A stretch of DNA of 64,000 nucleotides from the human T2T-CHM13v2.0 reference genome, Homo sapiens, in the NCBI RefSeq assembly GCF_009914755.1, contig NC_060933.1. One strand, given 5' to 3'. The position numbers and the translations under genes were made by a program. Under the pieces are notes generated by a model. It did not search any database. It was not told where the DNA came from and worked only from the letters and a program-made list of their open reading frames with translations. This document shows positions 44,281 through 60,416 of the stretch, in pieces. Each line of letters begins with the position of its first letter. Within the stretch, counting starts at the first letter, position 1.

Positions 44281-46721
44281 TGTATTAGTCCATTCTTACA
44301 CTGCTATAAAGATATGCCTGAGACTGGGAAATGTATAAAGAAAAGAGATTTAATTGGCTCACAGTTCTGCAGGCTGTAGAGGCTTCTGCTTCTAGAGAGG
44401 CCTCAGGGAACCTACAATCATGGCAAAAGACGAAGGGGAAGCAGGTATATGTTCACATGGCTGGCGAGAGAGAGAGAGAGAAGAGGGAGGTGCTACATAC
44501 TTTCAAATAATCAAATCTCATGAGAACTCTAACACAAGACAAAACTAGGGTATGGTGCGAAACCATGATCCAATCACCTCTCACGAGGCCCCATCTCCAA
44601 CATTGGGTATTACAATTCAAATGAGATTTGGGTGGGGACACCGAGCCAAACCATATCATTCCACCCTGACCCCTCCAAAATCTTATGTCCTTCTCACACT
44701 TCAAGACACAATCTTGCCTTTCCAATAGTCCTTGAAAGTCTTAACTCATTCTAGCATTAACTCAAATGTCCAAATCCAGAGTCTCATCTGAAACAAGGCT
44801 AGTCCCTTTTGCCTATGAGCCTGTAAAATCAAATTAGTTACTTCCAAGTATAAACAAATTAGTTACTTCCAAGGTACAATGGGAGTACAGGCATTAAGTA
44901 AATGCTCCCATTCCAAAAGAGAGAAATTGGCCAAAAAAGAGGGGATACAGACCTCATGAAAATCCAAACCCAGCAGGGTGGTCATTAAATCTTAAAGCTG
45001 CAAAATAATCTCTTTTGACTCCATGTCTCACATCCAGGCCACACTGACAACAGGGGTGGGCTCCCAAGGCCTTGGGCAGCTCTGCCCCTGTGGCTTTGCA
45101 GGGCTCAGCTCCCATGGCTGCTCTCAAGTGCTGGCACTGAGTGCCTGTGGCTTTTCCAGGCACAGGGGGCAAGCTGGTCTATGCAGCCTCAGGACATGGC
45201 ACCTATTGGTGGATCTACCATTCTGCAGTCTGGAGGATGGTGGCCCTCTTCTCACATCTCCACTAGGCAGTGCTCCAGTGGGGACTCTGTGTGGGGGCTC
45301 CAACCACACATTTCCCCTCTGCATTGCCCTAGGGCAGGTTCTCCATGAGGACTCCACTCCTGCAGCAGACTTCTTCCTGGACATCCAGGCACTTCCATAC
45401 ATCCTCTGAAATCCTGGTGGAAGCTCTCAAGCCTTAACTGTTGCACTCTGCACACCTGAAGTCTTAATACTATGTGGTAACCACCAAGGTTTGGGGCTTG
45501 CACTCTCTGAAGCAATGGCCCAAGTTGTGCCTTGGCCTTTTTAGCCATGGCTGGAGCTGGAGTGGCTGTGATGCAGGACATGATGTCCTGAGGCTGCACA
45601 GAGGAGCAGGGCCCTGGGACTGGCCCATGAAACCATTTTTCCCTCCTAAGCCTCCAGGCCTGTGATGGGAGGGGCTGCTGTGAAGGTTTCTGAAATGCCT
45701 TGGAGGCATTTTCCCCATTGTCTTGGCTATTAACATTCAGCTCCTCTTTACTTATGTAAATTTACACCACCTGTTTGAGTTTCTCCCCCTAAAATGGGTT
45801 TTTTCCTACCACATGGCTGGGCTGCAAATTTTTCAAATTTTTTGTTCTGTTTCCCTTTCAAATATAAGTTCCAGTTTCAGTTCTTTAATTTGCTTATGCA
45901 AATGAGCATAGGCTTTTTAAAGCAGCCAGACCACATCTTGAAAGCTTTGTTGCTTAGAACTTTCTTTCCCCAGATACTCTAAATCATCTCTCTCAAGTTC
46001 AAAGTTGCACAGATCCTTAGAACAGGGGCATGATGCCACCAGTCTCTTTGCTAAAGCATATCAGGAGTGACCTTTACTCCAGTTCTCAATGAGTTCCTCT
46101 TTGCCATCTGAGACCTCCTCAGTCTGGACTTCACTGTTCATATCACTATCAGCATTTCAGTAACAACCATTCAACAAATCTCTATAAAGTTCCAGACTTT
46201 CCCTTATCTTCCTGTATTCTTCTGAGCCCTCCAAACTGTTCCAACCTCTCACCATTACCCAGTTCCAAAGTTGCTTCCACATTTTCAGGTATCTTTATCG
46301 CAATGGCCCACTCCCAGTACCAAATTTCTGTATTAGTCTGTTCTCACACTGCTATAAAGAAATACCTGAGACTAGTAGTTTATAAAGAAAAGAGGTTTAG
46401 TTGACTCATGGTTTTGCAGGCTACCCAGGGGCATGACTGGGGAGGCCCCAGGAAACTTACAATTATGGGGAAAAGTAAAGGGGAAGCAGACATATCTTCA
46501 CATGGCTGGCAAGAGTGAGAGAGTGAAAGAGGAGGTGCTACAGACTTTTAAACAACCAGATCCTGTGAGAATTCTGTCACGAGACAGCAGCTAGGGGGAT
46601 GGTGATAAATCATTTGAAAACACCCCCATGATCCAGTCACCTCCCACCAGACCCCACCTCCAACACTGGGAATTACAATTCAACATGAGATTTGGGTAGG
46701 GACACAGAACAAACCATATCA
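44281..46721 (-). mobile_element. MSTA-type MaLR provirus: LTR 44281-44658, internal 44659-46328, LTR 46329-46721
   Basis: Two 'tgtattagt...aaccatatca' LTRs flank a THE1/MST-int region, with a purine tract next to the 3' LTR on the minus strand. Confidence 0.93.
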
Positions 46722-47039
46722 GCAATTCCTCAAAATGTTAAACACAGAGTTACCATTTGACCTAGCAATTCTAGGTATATTCTGAAGAGAAATTAAAATA
46801 TATGTGCATGCAATATTTGTCCACAAATATTTATAGTTGCATTATTTATAATAGGAAAAAAGTGGAAACAACCAAAATATTCTTCAACTGATGAAAGGAT
46901 AAACAAAATGTGATACATACACACAATGGAACATGATAAAACAATTAAAAAATGAAGTACAAATAAAAGCTAACATGTCAATTAACCTTGAAAACATTAT
47001 GGTAAATGAAAGAAGCCAGTCACAAAATATTACATATTA

Positions 47040-47104
47040 TTAAATTGTGGTTTTTGCCGTGGAAAATAATGGTAAAAACTGCAATTTCTTTTACACCAAT
47101 CTAA
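47040..47104. mobile_element. MADE1 mariner MITE, one arm partly lost
   Basis: 'aattgtggtttttgcc...taatggtaaaaactgcaatttcttttacaccaatctaa'. Confidence 0.8.
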
Positions 47105-47511
47105 TATATGTTATTATTCATATCAAATGTCCAGAATGGGAAAATCTGTAGAGATAGAATGTAGATTGGTGGTTACTTAGAGCTTAGGGTAGAGATGGTG
47201 ACAACACTGTTAATATGTCAAAAAAACTTAGAATTGTCAAACTCAAATGAATGAAGTGTAACACATGTGAATTTTATCTCAATAAAGCTGTTTAAGGAAA
47301 CCAACTGTGATTACTAAAATGAATATTCAGGAAAATTTTACTCCCATATTCCTTAACTTGTGGGAACTTAATAATGGATTTGTTTGTTCTCTTAATTTTT
47401 CTAATAAATACAAGTTGATTCAAACCTTCAGTCTCTCAAATATGAGTTCATAAATTTAAAAAATGTGTAACTTACATTTAACAGTTTTAAATTCTCAATT
47501 CTGTTTGGTCT

Positions 47512-48290
47512 TCCATTCACTTATTTTACAAATATTTATTGAGTGCTTATTATGCCCCACACACTGGTAGACATTGGAGTTACCATAATGAAACAGATAA
47601 GCCTGCTCTCTGCCTTTCATAGAATACAAATCCAGTAAGGCATAAATCTAAGTTAGCATAAATCTGCAATCAAAAGTATAATTTCAAATGGGGGAAAAGG
47701 TTAAAAGAAGTCTGGGAATGAAGTTAGAAGTCTATTGTAGTAAGCCAGGCAACAGATGATGATGGTTTGGCCAAAGTGTGTGAAGAGGGAGAGAAGTGGT
47801 TAAAGACGATGGATATTTATGATAAGATATTTGTGCACTTGGGAATAGACTTGGTGGAAGATAATGGAAAGGGAGGCACCACGCATGAATTTGATGTAGT
47901 TCAGGTTTTCAGAACTAGGTTGATGGTGATACAATTTACTAAAATATGCAATGCTGGAAAAGAGTACGAATTTGAAGGGCTTTTGAGACATCTAACTAAA
48001 GGAATCAAGCAGACATTTACATTTTGATATGTGAGAGAAGGTCATAGCTGCGATATAAATGTAAGACTCAGCTACTTATAGTTGCTATCTAAAACTGTTG
48101 GTATGGATGAGGTAACCTAAGGAGGGAATACAAAATGAGAAGTAAAGCAAGACTGGGACTTGAAGAGCCTCAATGTTGAATGAAGAAGTCTAAGCCTATA
48201 AAGGAGACCAAAATGATGCAGTCTGAAACATATGAGTAAAACCAGCAAAGCATCATTTTATGAAGGCCAAAGGAAAAATATTATTTGAAG
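47512..48290 (-). mobile_element. L2 fragments
   Basis: 'acaaatatttattgagtgcttattatgcc', 'ctattgtagtaagccaggcaacagatgatg', 'ggatgaggtaacctaaggaggga'. Confidence 0.7.
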
Positions 48291-48599
48291 ATTTTCCTGG
48301 AGGACAATGATTGAGCTGCTTTTGTGCTACCACAGAGAGCTAAGACATTGAAACAGATATTTTTAGGCCAGAGAGACATGAGAAGAATTAGGAAAAGTTC
48401 CAGAAGGTAGTCTAAAGAGCAATTCCATTAAGACCTAGGCATGTTCAACAAATTCACTGTAAAGGATGAAGATTTTCTTATACAGGGCCTAGCAAGAAAG
48501 CCTATAAAGTACAAAGAGTTTAGAGCTAAGTACTTCCAGAAGATTGATGGTGATACGCATTACACAAGACCAATAATAGAGCTTAAACATCTTTTAAGC

Positions 48600-50142
48600 A
48601 TTGTATTTTTTTGTGGAAATAACACTGAGCATGAAATGTACCTTCTTAACACATTTTTTTTTCAATTTCAACTTTTATTTTAGATTCAGGGAGTGCATGT
48701 GCAGGTTTGTTACATGGGCATATTTCATGATGCTGAAGTGTGGGATATGAATGATCCTATCACTCAGGTACTAAGCATAATACCCAATGGGTAGTTTTTC
48801 AACCCATGCTCCCCTCCCCCCTTCCTCCTCTAGTAGTCCCCAATGTCTGTTGTTCTCATCTTTATGTCCATGTGTACCCAATGTTTAGCTCCCACTTAGA
48901 ACATGTGGCTTTTGGTTTTCTGTTTCTGTGCTAATTTGCTTAGGATAATGGCCTCCAGCTACATCCATGTTGCTGCAAAGGACAGGATTTTTTTTTCTTT
49001 TTTCTTGGTTGTGTAGTATTCTACAGTGTATACATACCACACTTTCTTTATCCAATCCATCACTGATGGGCACCTAGGATGTGAAACTCGGCCCCCTACT
49101 TATCACCAAAAACCAAAATTAACACAAGATGGATTAAAGACCTAAATGTGAAACCTCAAACTATAAAAATGCTAGAAAAAAACCTAGGAAATACCCTTCA
49201 GGACATCAGACTGCAAAGAATTTATGCTAAGTCCTCAAAAGCAATAGTAACAAAGACAAAAATTGACAAGTGGGATCTAATTAAACTAAAAAGTTTCTGC
49301 ACAGCAAAGGAAACTACCCACAGAGAAAACAGACAACCTACAGGATGAGAGAAAAATTCTGCAAACTATACATCTGACAAAGGGCTAATATCCAACATCT
49401 ATAAGGAATTTGAACATGTCATCCAGCCAAAAACAAATAACTCCATTAAAAAGTGGCCAAAGGAAATGTACAGGCACTTCTCAAAAGAAAACAGATAAGT
49501 GCCCAACAAACATAGGAAAAATGTTCAATATCACTAATAACCAGAGAAATGCAAATCAAAACCACAATGAGATACTATCTCACACTGGTGAAAAGTCAGA
49601 ATGGTTTTTATTAAAAAGTCAAACAATAATAGATGCTGGTGAGGTTGTGAAGGAAAGAGAATGCTTATACACTCTTGGTGGGACTGTAAATTAGTTCAGC
49701 CACTATGGAAAGCAATTTGGAGATTCCTCAAAGAACTAAAAACGAATTACCATTCGACCCAGCAATCCCATTACTGTGTACATACCCAAAGGAAAATAAA
49801 TCATTCTACCAAAAAGACATATATGTACTCATGTGTTCACTGCTGCATTATTCACAATAACAAAGCCATGGAATCTTAACATATTTTAAGTGTACAATAA
49901 ATTGTTGACTATAGGTACGAAGTGCAGCAGATCTCTAGAACTTATCTTGCTTAGTAAGACTTCATGCCTATAGATTAGTAACTCATTGTACCCTATATAA
50001 GTAGAATCATGCAAAATTTGTCTTTCTGCAACTGCTCATTTCACATAACATAATGTCCTCAAAGTTTATCCATGTTGTCACATATTGCCAAATATTCTTT
50101 TTTTAAAATCAAATAGTGTTCCATTGTATGTATAGACCTCAT
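48600..50142 (-). mobile_element. L1MA10/L1MB1-like 3' end (48600-48654 and 49875-50142), host to two younger L1s
   Basis: 'ttttaagtgtacaata...gcagatctctagaactta...gaatcatgcaaaatttgtctttc'. Confidence 0.75.
48655..49874 (-). mobile_element. L1PA16-like, 5'-truncated with a 5' inversion (49079-49874 on the + strand)
   Basis: 3'UTR on the minus strand to 'gggcacctagg', then sense ORF2; TSD TCTTAACACATTTT 48644-48657 / TCTTAACATATTTT 49874-49887. Confidence 0.92.
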
Positions 50143-54121
<3,979 letters not shown>

Positions 54122-54735
54122 CGACCAGGGCATATTTCATCCCTTATCTACAACTGCATAAGACAGATACTCCCAGAGCGGCCATTTTAGAGACCTTCTC
54201 CTGGGAGTTCATTCATTTTCCCAGGGTTATTCCTTGCTGAGAAAAGAATTTAGTGATATTTCTCCTATTCACTTTCTGAAAGAAGAGAAATATGGATCTG
54301 TTCTGCCTGGCCCCGCAGGCAGTCAGACTTTATGGTTATCTCCCTTTTTCTCTTAAAATCGATGTTATCCTGTTCTTTTCAAGGTGCCCAGATTTCATAT
54401 TGTTCAAACACACATGTTTTACAAACAATTTATGCAGATAACACAATTATCACAGGGTCCTGATGTGACATGCATCCTCATCTTAAGAAGATGACGGGAT
54501 TAAGAGATTAAAGGAAAGACAGGCATAGGAAATTATGAGTATTGATTGAGGAAGTGATAAATGTCCATGAAATCTTCACAATTTATGTTCAGAGTTGCAG
54601 TAAAGACAGGTGTAAGAAATTATAAAAGTATTAATTTGGGGAATTAATAGATGTCCATGAAATCTTCACAATTTATGTTCTTCTGCTGTGGCTTCAGCTG
54701 GTCCCTCCGTTCAGATTCCCTGACTTCCTGCAACA
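54122..54735 (-). mobile_element. MER11 (HERVK11) LTR, 5' portion only
   Basis: Reverse strand begins TGTTGCAGGAAGTCAGGGAATCTGAACGGAGGGACC...AGAACATAAATTGTGAAGATTTCATGGAC. Confidence 0.9.
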
Positions 54736-56241
54736 GATCTCGTTCTTTTTTATGACTGCGTGGTATTCCATGGTGTATATGTGCCACATTTTCTTTATCC
54801 AGTCTACCACTGATGGGCATTTAGAATGACTCCATGTCTTTGCTATTGTGATAGTGCTGAAATGAACATGCACATGCATGTGTCTTTAAGATAGAATGAT
54901 TTATATTCCTTTGGGTATACTGTGTTGAATGGTACTTCTGCTTTTAGCTCTTTGAGAAATTGCCCCACTGCTTTCTGCAATTGTTGAACTAATTTATACT
55001 CTCACCAACAGTGTATAAGTGTTCCCTTTTCTTCATAATCTCACCAGTATCTATTATTTTTTGAATTTTTGTTAATAGCCATTCTGACTACTGTGAGATG
55101 ATAACTCATTGTGATTTTGATTTGCATTTCTTTAATGATCAGTGATATTGAGCTTTTTTCATATGCTTGTCGGCTGCATGTATGTCTTCTTTTGAAAAGT
55201 ATCTGTTCATGTCCTTTGTCCACTTTTTAATAGGCCTGTTTTTACTTATAAATTTGTTTAAGTTTCTTATAAAGCTGGGTATTATTAGACTTTTGTTAGA
55301 TGCATGCTTTGCAAATATTTTGTCTCTTTCTGTAGGTTTTCCACTTATTATATTGACTCTTTTGTGGAGCAGAAGCTCTTTAGTTTAATTAGATCCCATT
55401 TGTCAATTTTTGCTTTTTTTGCAATTGCATTTGGCATCTTTGTCCTGAAATATATGTATTGCCCATTCCTATGTCCAGAATGATATTGCCTAGATTGTCT
55501 TCCAGGGTTTTTGTAGTTTTGGTTTTACATTTATGTCTTTAATCTATCTTGAGTTGATTTTTATATATAGGATCCAGTTTCAATCTTTTGCCTATGGCTA
55601 GCCAGTTGTCCTAGCACCACTGAATAGGGAGTCCTTTTCCTATTACTTGTTTTTGTGAATTTTGTCTATGATCAGATGGTTGTAAGTGTGTGGCATAATT
55701 TCTAGGCTCTCCATTCTTTTCCCCTGGTCTATGTGTCTGTTTTGTACCAGTACCATGCTGTTTTGGTTACTGTAGCCCTGTAGTCTAGTTTGAAGTCAGG
55801 TAGTGTGATTCTTCCTGCTTTGTTCTTTTTGCTTAGAATCGCTTTGGCTATCTGGGGTCTTTTTTGGTTCCATATAAATTTTATAATAATTTTTTCCAGT
55901 TATGTGAAGAATGTTATTGGTAGTTTGATAGGAATTGCATTGAATCTATACATTGCTTTGTGTGGTATGGCCATTTTAATGATATTGATTCTTTCTATCC
56001 ATGACCATGGATGTTTTTCCATTTGTTTGTGTCATCTCTGATTTCTTTGAGCAGTTTTGTGTAATTTTCCTTATAGAGAAATTTCATCTTTCTGATTAGC
56101 TGTATTACTGGGTATTTCATTCTTTTTGTGGCAATTGTGAATGGGATTGTTTTCCTAATTTAGCTCTCAGCTTGGCTGTTTCCAGTGCGTAGGAATGTTA
56201 GTGGTTTTTGTATGTTCATTTTATATCCTGAAACTTTTCTG

Positions 56242-57824
56242 GTATCTACAAATTCAACACAATCCCCATCAAAATACCATCATCATTCTTCACAGAATTA
56301 GAAAAAATAATTCTAAAATTCATGTGGAACCAAAAAAGAGCCCATATAGCCAAAGCAAGAGTAAGCAAAAAGAACAAACCTGGGGGCATCACGATACCTG
56401 ATTTTAAACTATACTATAAGGCCATAGTCACCAAAACAGCATGATACTGGTAAAAAAAAAAAAAAAAAAATAGGCACGCAGACCAATGGAAGAGAATAGA
56501 GAACCCAGAAATAAACCCAAATATGTACAGCCAACTGATCTTTGACAAAGTAAAGAAAAAACATAAAGTGGGGAAAGGACAGCTTTTCCAACAAATGGTG
56601 CTGGGATAATTGGCTAGCCACACGTAGGAGAATGAAACTGGATCCTCATCTCTCACCTTATACAAAAATCAACTCAAGATGGATTAAAGACTTAAACCTA
56701 AGACCTGAAACTATAAAAATTCTAGAAGATAACATCAGAAAAACCCTTCTAGACATTGATTTAGGCAAGGATTTCATGACCAAGGACCCACAAGCAAATG
56801 CAATAGAAACAAAGATAAATAGCTAGGACTTAATTAAACTAAAGAGCTTTTGCATGGCAAAAGGAACAGTCAGCAGAGTAAATAGACAACCCACAGAATG
56901 GGAGAAAATCTTCACAATCTATAATCTGATAAAGGACTTATATCTAGAATCTACAACAAACTCAAATCAGTAAGAAAAAAACAATCCCTCAAAAAGAGGG
57001 CTAAGGACATGAATACAAAATTATCAAAAGAAGTTATACAGATGGCCAATAACATAGAAAAAATGCTTAACATCACTAATGGCAAGGGAAATGCAAATCA
57101 AAACTACAGTGTGATACCATCTTACTCCTGCAAGAATGGCCATAATCCAAAAACAGTAGATGTTGGCATGGATGCGGTGAACAGGTAACACTTCTACAGT
57201 GCTGGCAGGAATGTAAACTCATACAGCCAGTATGGAAAACAGTGTGGAGATTTCTTAACGAACTAAAAATAGAACTACTATTTGATTCAGCAATCCCACT
57301 ACTGGGTATCTACCCAGAGGAAAGGAAGTCATTATTTGAAAAAGACACTTGCACACGCATGTTTATAGCAGCAAAATTCACAATTGCAAAATCGTGGAAA
57401 AAACTCAAATGCCCATCAGTCAACAAGTGGATAAAGAAACTGTGGTATATATGTATAATGGAGTACTACGCAGCCATAAAAAAGCAATGAATTAACAGCA
57501 TTCACAGTGACCTGGATGAGATTGGAGACTATTATTCTAAATGAAGTAACTCAGGAATGGAAAACCAAACATCATATGTTCTCACTGCTATGTGGGAGCT
57601 AAGCTATGGGGATTCAAAGGCATGAGAATGACACAATGGACTTAGGGGACTCATTGGGGAAGAGGGGGAGGTGAGTGAGGGATAAAAAACTACAAATATT
57701 GTGTGGTGTATACTGTTTCAGTAATAGGTGCACCAAAATCTCACAAATCGCCACTAAAGAACCTACTCATGTAATCAAATACCACCCATACCCTAATAAC
57801 TTGTGGAAAAATAAATTAAAAAAA
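56242..57824 (+). mobile_element. L1PB1-like, 5'-truncated, inserted antisense into the older L1
   Basis: 3'UTR 'gcaccaaaatctcacaaatcgccactaaagaac', A tail, TSD GAAACTTTTCTG 56230-56241 / 57825-57836. Confidence 0.92.
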
Positions 57825-60305
57825 GAAACTTTTCTGAAGTTGCTTATTAGCTTAAGGAGCTTTGTGGCCAAGGCTACTGGGTTTCCTAGATATGGAATCA
57901 TGTCCTTTGTTGACAGGGATGGTTTGACTTCCTCTCTTCTTATTTGGACCCTTTATTTTTTTCTCTCGCCTGATTGTTCTGGCCAGGACTTCCAATATAT
58001 GTTGAATAGAAGTGGTAATAGAAGGCATTCTTGTCTTGTCCTGGTTTTCAAGGGAAATGCCTCCAGCTTTTGCCCATATGGTATAATGTTGGCTGTGGGT
58101 TTGTCATAGATGGCTCTTATTATTTTGAGGTATGCTCCTTTGATGGCTAGTTTGATGAGGATTTTTAACATGAAGTGATGTTGGATTTTATTTAAGGTCT
58201 TTTCTGTATCTATTCAGGTGATCAGGTGATTTTGGTCTTTAGTTCTGTTTATTTGATATGATTATTGATTCGAGTATGTTGAACCAGACTTGCATCCCAG
58301 GGATGAAGCCTACTTGATCATGGTGGATTAGCTTTTTGATGTGCTGCTGTATTCCCTTTGCTAGTATTTTTTTGAGGATTTTTGTATCAATGTTCATGAA
58401 GGATATTGGCCTAAAGTTTTATTTTTTGTTGTGTCTCTGTCAGGTTTTGGCATCAGGATGATGCTGGCCTCATAGAATGAGTTAGAGAGAACTCCCTCCT
58501 CCTCAGTTTTTTCAAATAGTTTCAGTAGGAATGATACTAGTTCTTCTTTGTACATCTGGTAGAATTTGGATGTGAATCCATCTGTTCCTGGGCTTTTTTT
58601 GGTTGGTAGGCTATTTATTACTGATTTAATTTTGGAACTCATTATTGGTCTCTTCAGGAAAACAATTTCTTCCTGGTTCAGTCTTGGGAGAGTGTTTGTG
58701 CCCAGGAATTTATCCATTTCTTCTGGATTTTCTAGTTTGTGTGCATAGAGGTGTTTATATTACTCTCTGATATTATCTGTATTTCTATGGGGTCAGCGGT
58801 AATATCCCCTTTGTTGTCTCTAATTGTGTTTATTTGAATCGTCTCTCTTTTCTGCTTTATTAATCTAGCTAGTGGTCTATCTTATTAATTTTTTCAAAAA
58901 AAAAACAGTGCCTGGATTCATTGATCTTTAGAATGGATTTTTGTGTCTCACTATCCTTCAGATCAGCTCCTATTTCTGCTATTTTTTGTCTTCTGCTAGC
59001 TTTGGGGTTGATTTTCTCTTGTGTCTCTAGTTCTTTTAGTTGTAATGTTAGGTTGTTAATTTGAGGTATTTATAACTTTTTGATGTGGTGTTACATGCTA
59101 TAAATTTTCCTCTTAATGCTACCTTAGCTGTTTCACAGAAATTCTGGTATGTTATATCTTTGTTCTCATTAGTTTCAAAGAACTTCTTCATTTCTGCCTA
59201 AATTTCATTATTTATTTCCAAATCATTTAGGAGCATGTTGTGTAATTTCCGTGTAATTGTATGGTTTCGAGCAACTTTCTTAGCCTTGAATTTTATTTTT
59301 ATCATAATGTGGTCTGAGAGACTGGTTGGTATCATTTTGGTTTTTTGCATTTGCTGAGGAAGGGTTTATGTCCGATTATGTGGTTGATTTTAGAGTCTGT
59401 GGCATGTGGCAATAAAAATACTGTATATGCTGATGTTTTTAGTTGGACAGTTCTGTAGATGGCTATTAGGTCCATTTGGTCCAGCGTTGAGTTCAGATCC
59501 TGATTATCTTTGTTAATTTTTTGCCTTGACAATCTGTCTAATACTGTCAGTGTGGTGTTGAAGTCTGCCACTATTATTGCACAGGAGTCTAAGTCTCATT
59601 GAAGGTCTTTAAAAACTTGTTTTATGAATCTGAATACTCCTGTGTTGAGTGAATATATATTTAGGATAGTTTGGTCCTTTTGTTGAATTAAGCTCTTCAC
59701 CATTATATAATGGCCTTCTTTGTCTTTTTTGATGTTGGTTGGTTTAGTCTGTTTTATGTGATAGTCTGTTTTATCTGAAATTATAACAGCAACCCCTGCT
59801 AGTATATGTTTTGTTTTCTGTTTGCTTTGTAGATTTTTTTTCTATTTGCCTTGTAGACTTTTTTCATCCCTTTACTTTGAGCCTATGGGTCTCATTGCAT
59901 GTGAGATGGGTCTCTTAGAGACAGCATATCACTGGCACTTGCTTCTTTATCCAGCTTGCCATTCTGTGCCTTTTAATTGGGGCATTTTGCTCATTTACAT
60001 TCAAAGTTAGTATTGATATGTATTGATTTCGTCCTGTCATCATGTGGTTAGCTGTTTATTATGCCAACTAGTTTGTGTGATTTCCTTATAGTGTCACTGG
60101 TCTGTGAATTTAAGTGTGTTTTGTAAATGCTTTCCTTTCCATATTTAGTGCTTCTTTCAGGAGCTCTTATAAAGCAGGCCTAGTGGAAACAAATTCTTTC
60201 CACATTTGCTTGTCTGAAAAGGATCTTACTTCTTCTTGGCATATGAAGCTTAGTTTGACTGGATATAAAATTCTTGATTGGATTTTCTTTTTTTTTAAGA
60301 GTGTT

Positions 60306-60416
60306 GAAAGAAAAAGAAAAAAGAAAGAAAGAAAAGAAAGAAAGAGTAGGGTAGGGTAGGGGAGGGGAAGGGAAGGAAGGAGAAGGAAGGGAAGGGAAGG
60401 GAAGAGAAGGGAGAGA
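60306..60416. repeat. Polypurine tract (GAAA)n-(GGGTA)n-(GGGAA)n
   Basis: Read directly. Confidence 0.93.

Larger units (their letters stand above)
43815..47295 (+). mobile_element. L1MB-type 3' region (43815-44280 and 46722-47295) split by an MST provirus and MADE1
   Basis: 'aaacatttctccaaagaagacatacaaatggct...ttggaaaacag' resumes 'ttcctcaaaatgttaaacacagagttacc' and ends 'tctcaataaagctgtt'. Confidence 0.88.

Noticed and set aside
54560-54680. Direct repeat ATGTCCATGAAATCTTCACAATTTATGTTC
   Set aside because: A recalled intrinsic feature of the MER11 LTR.
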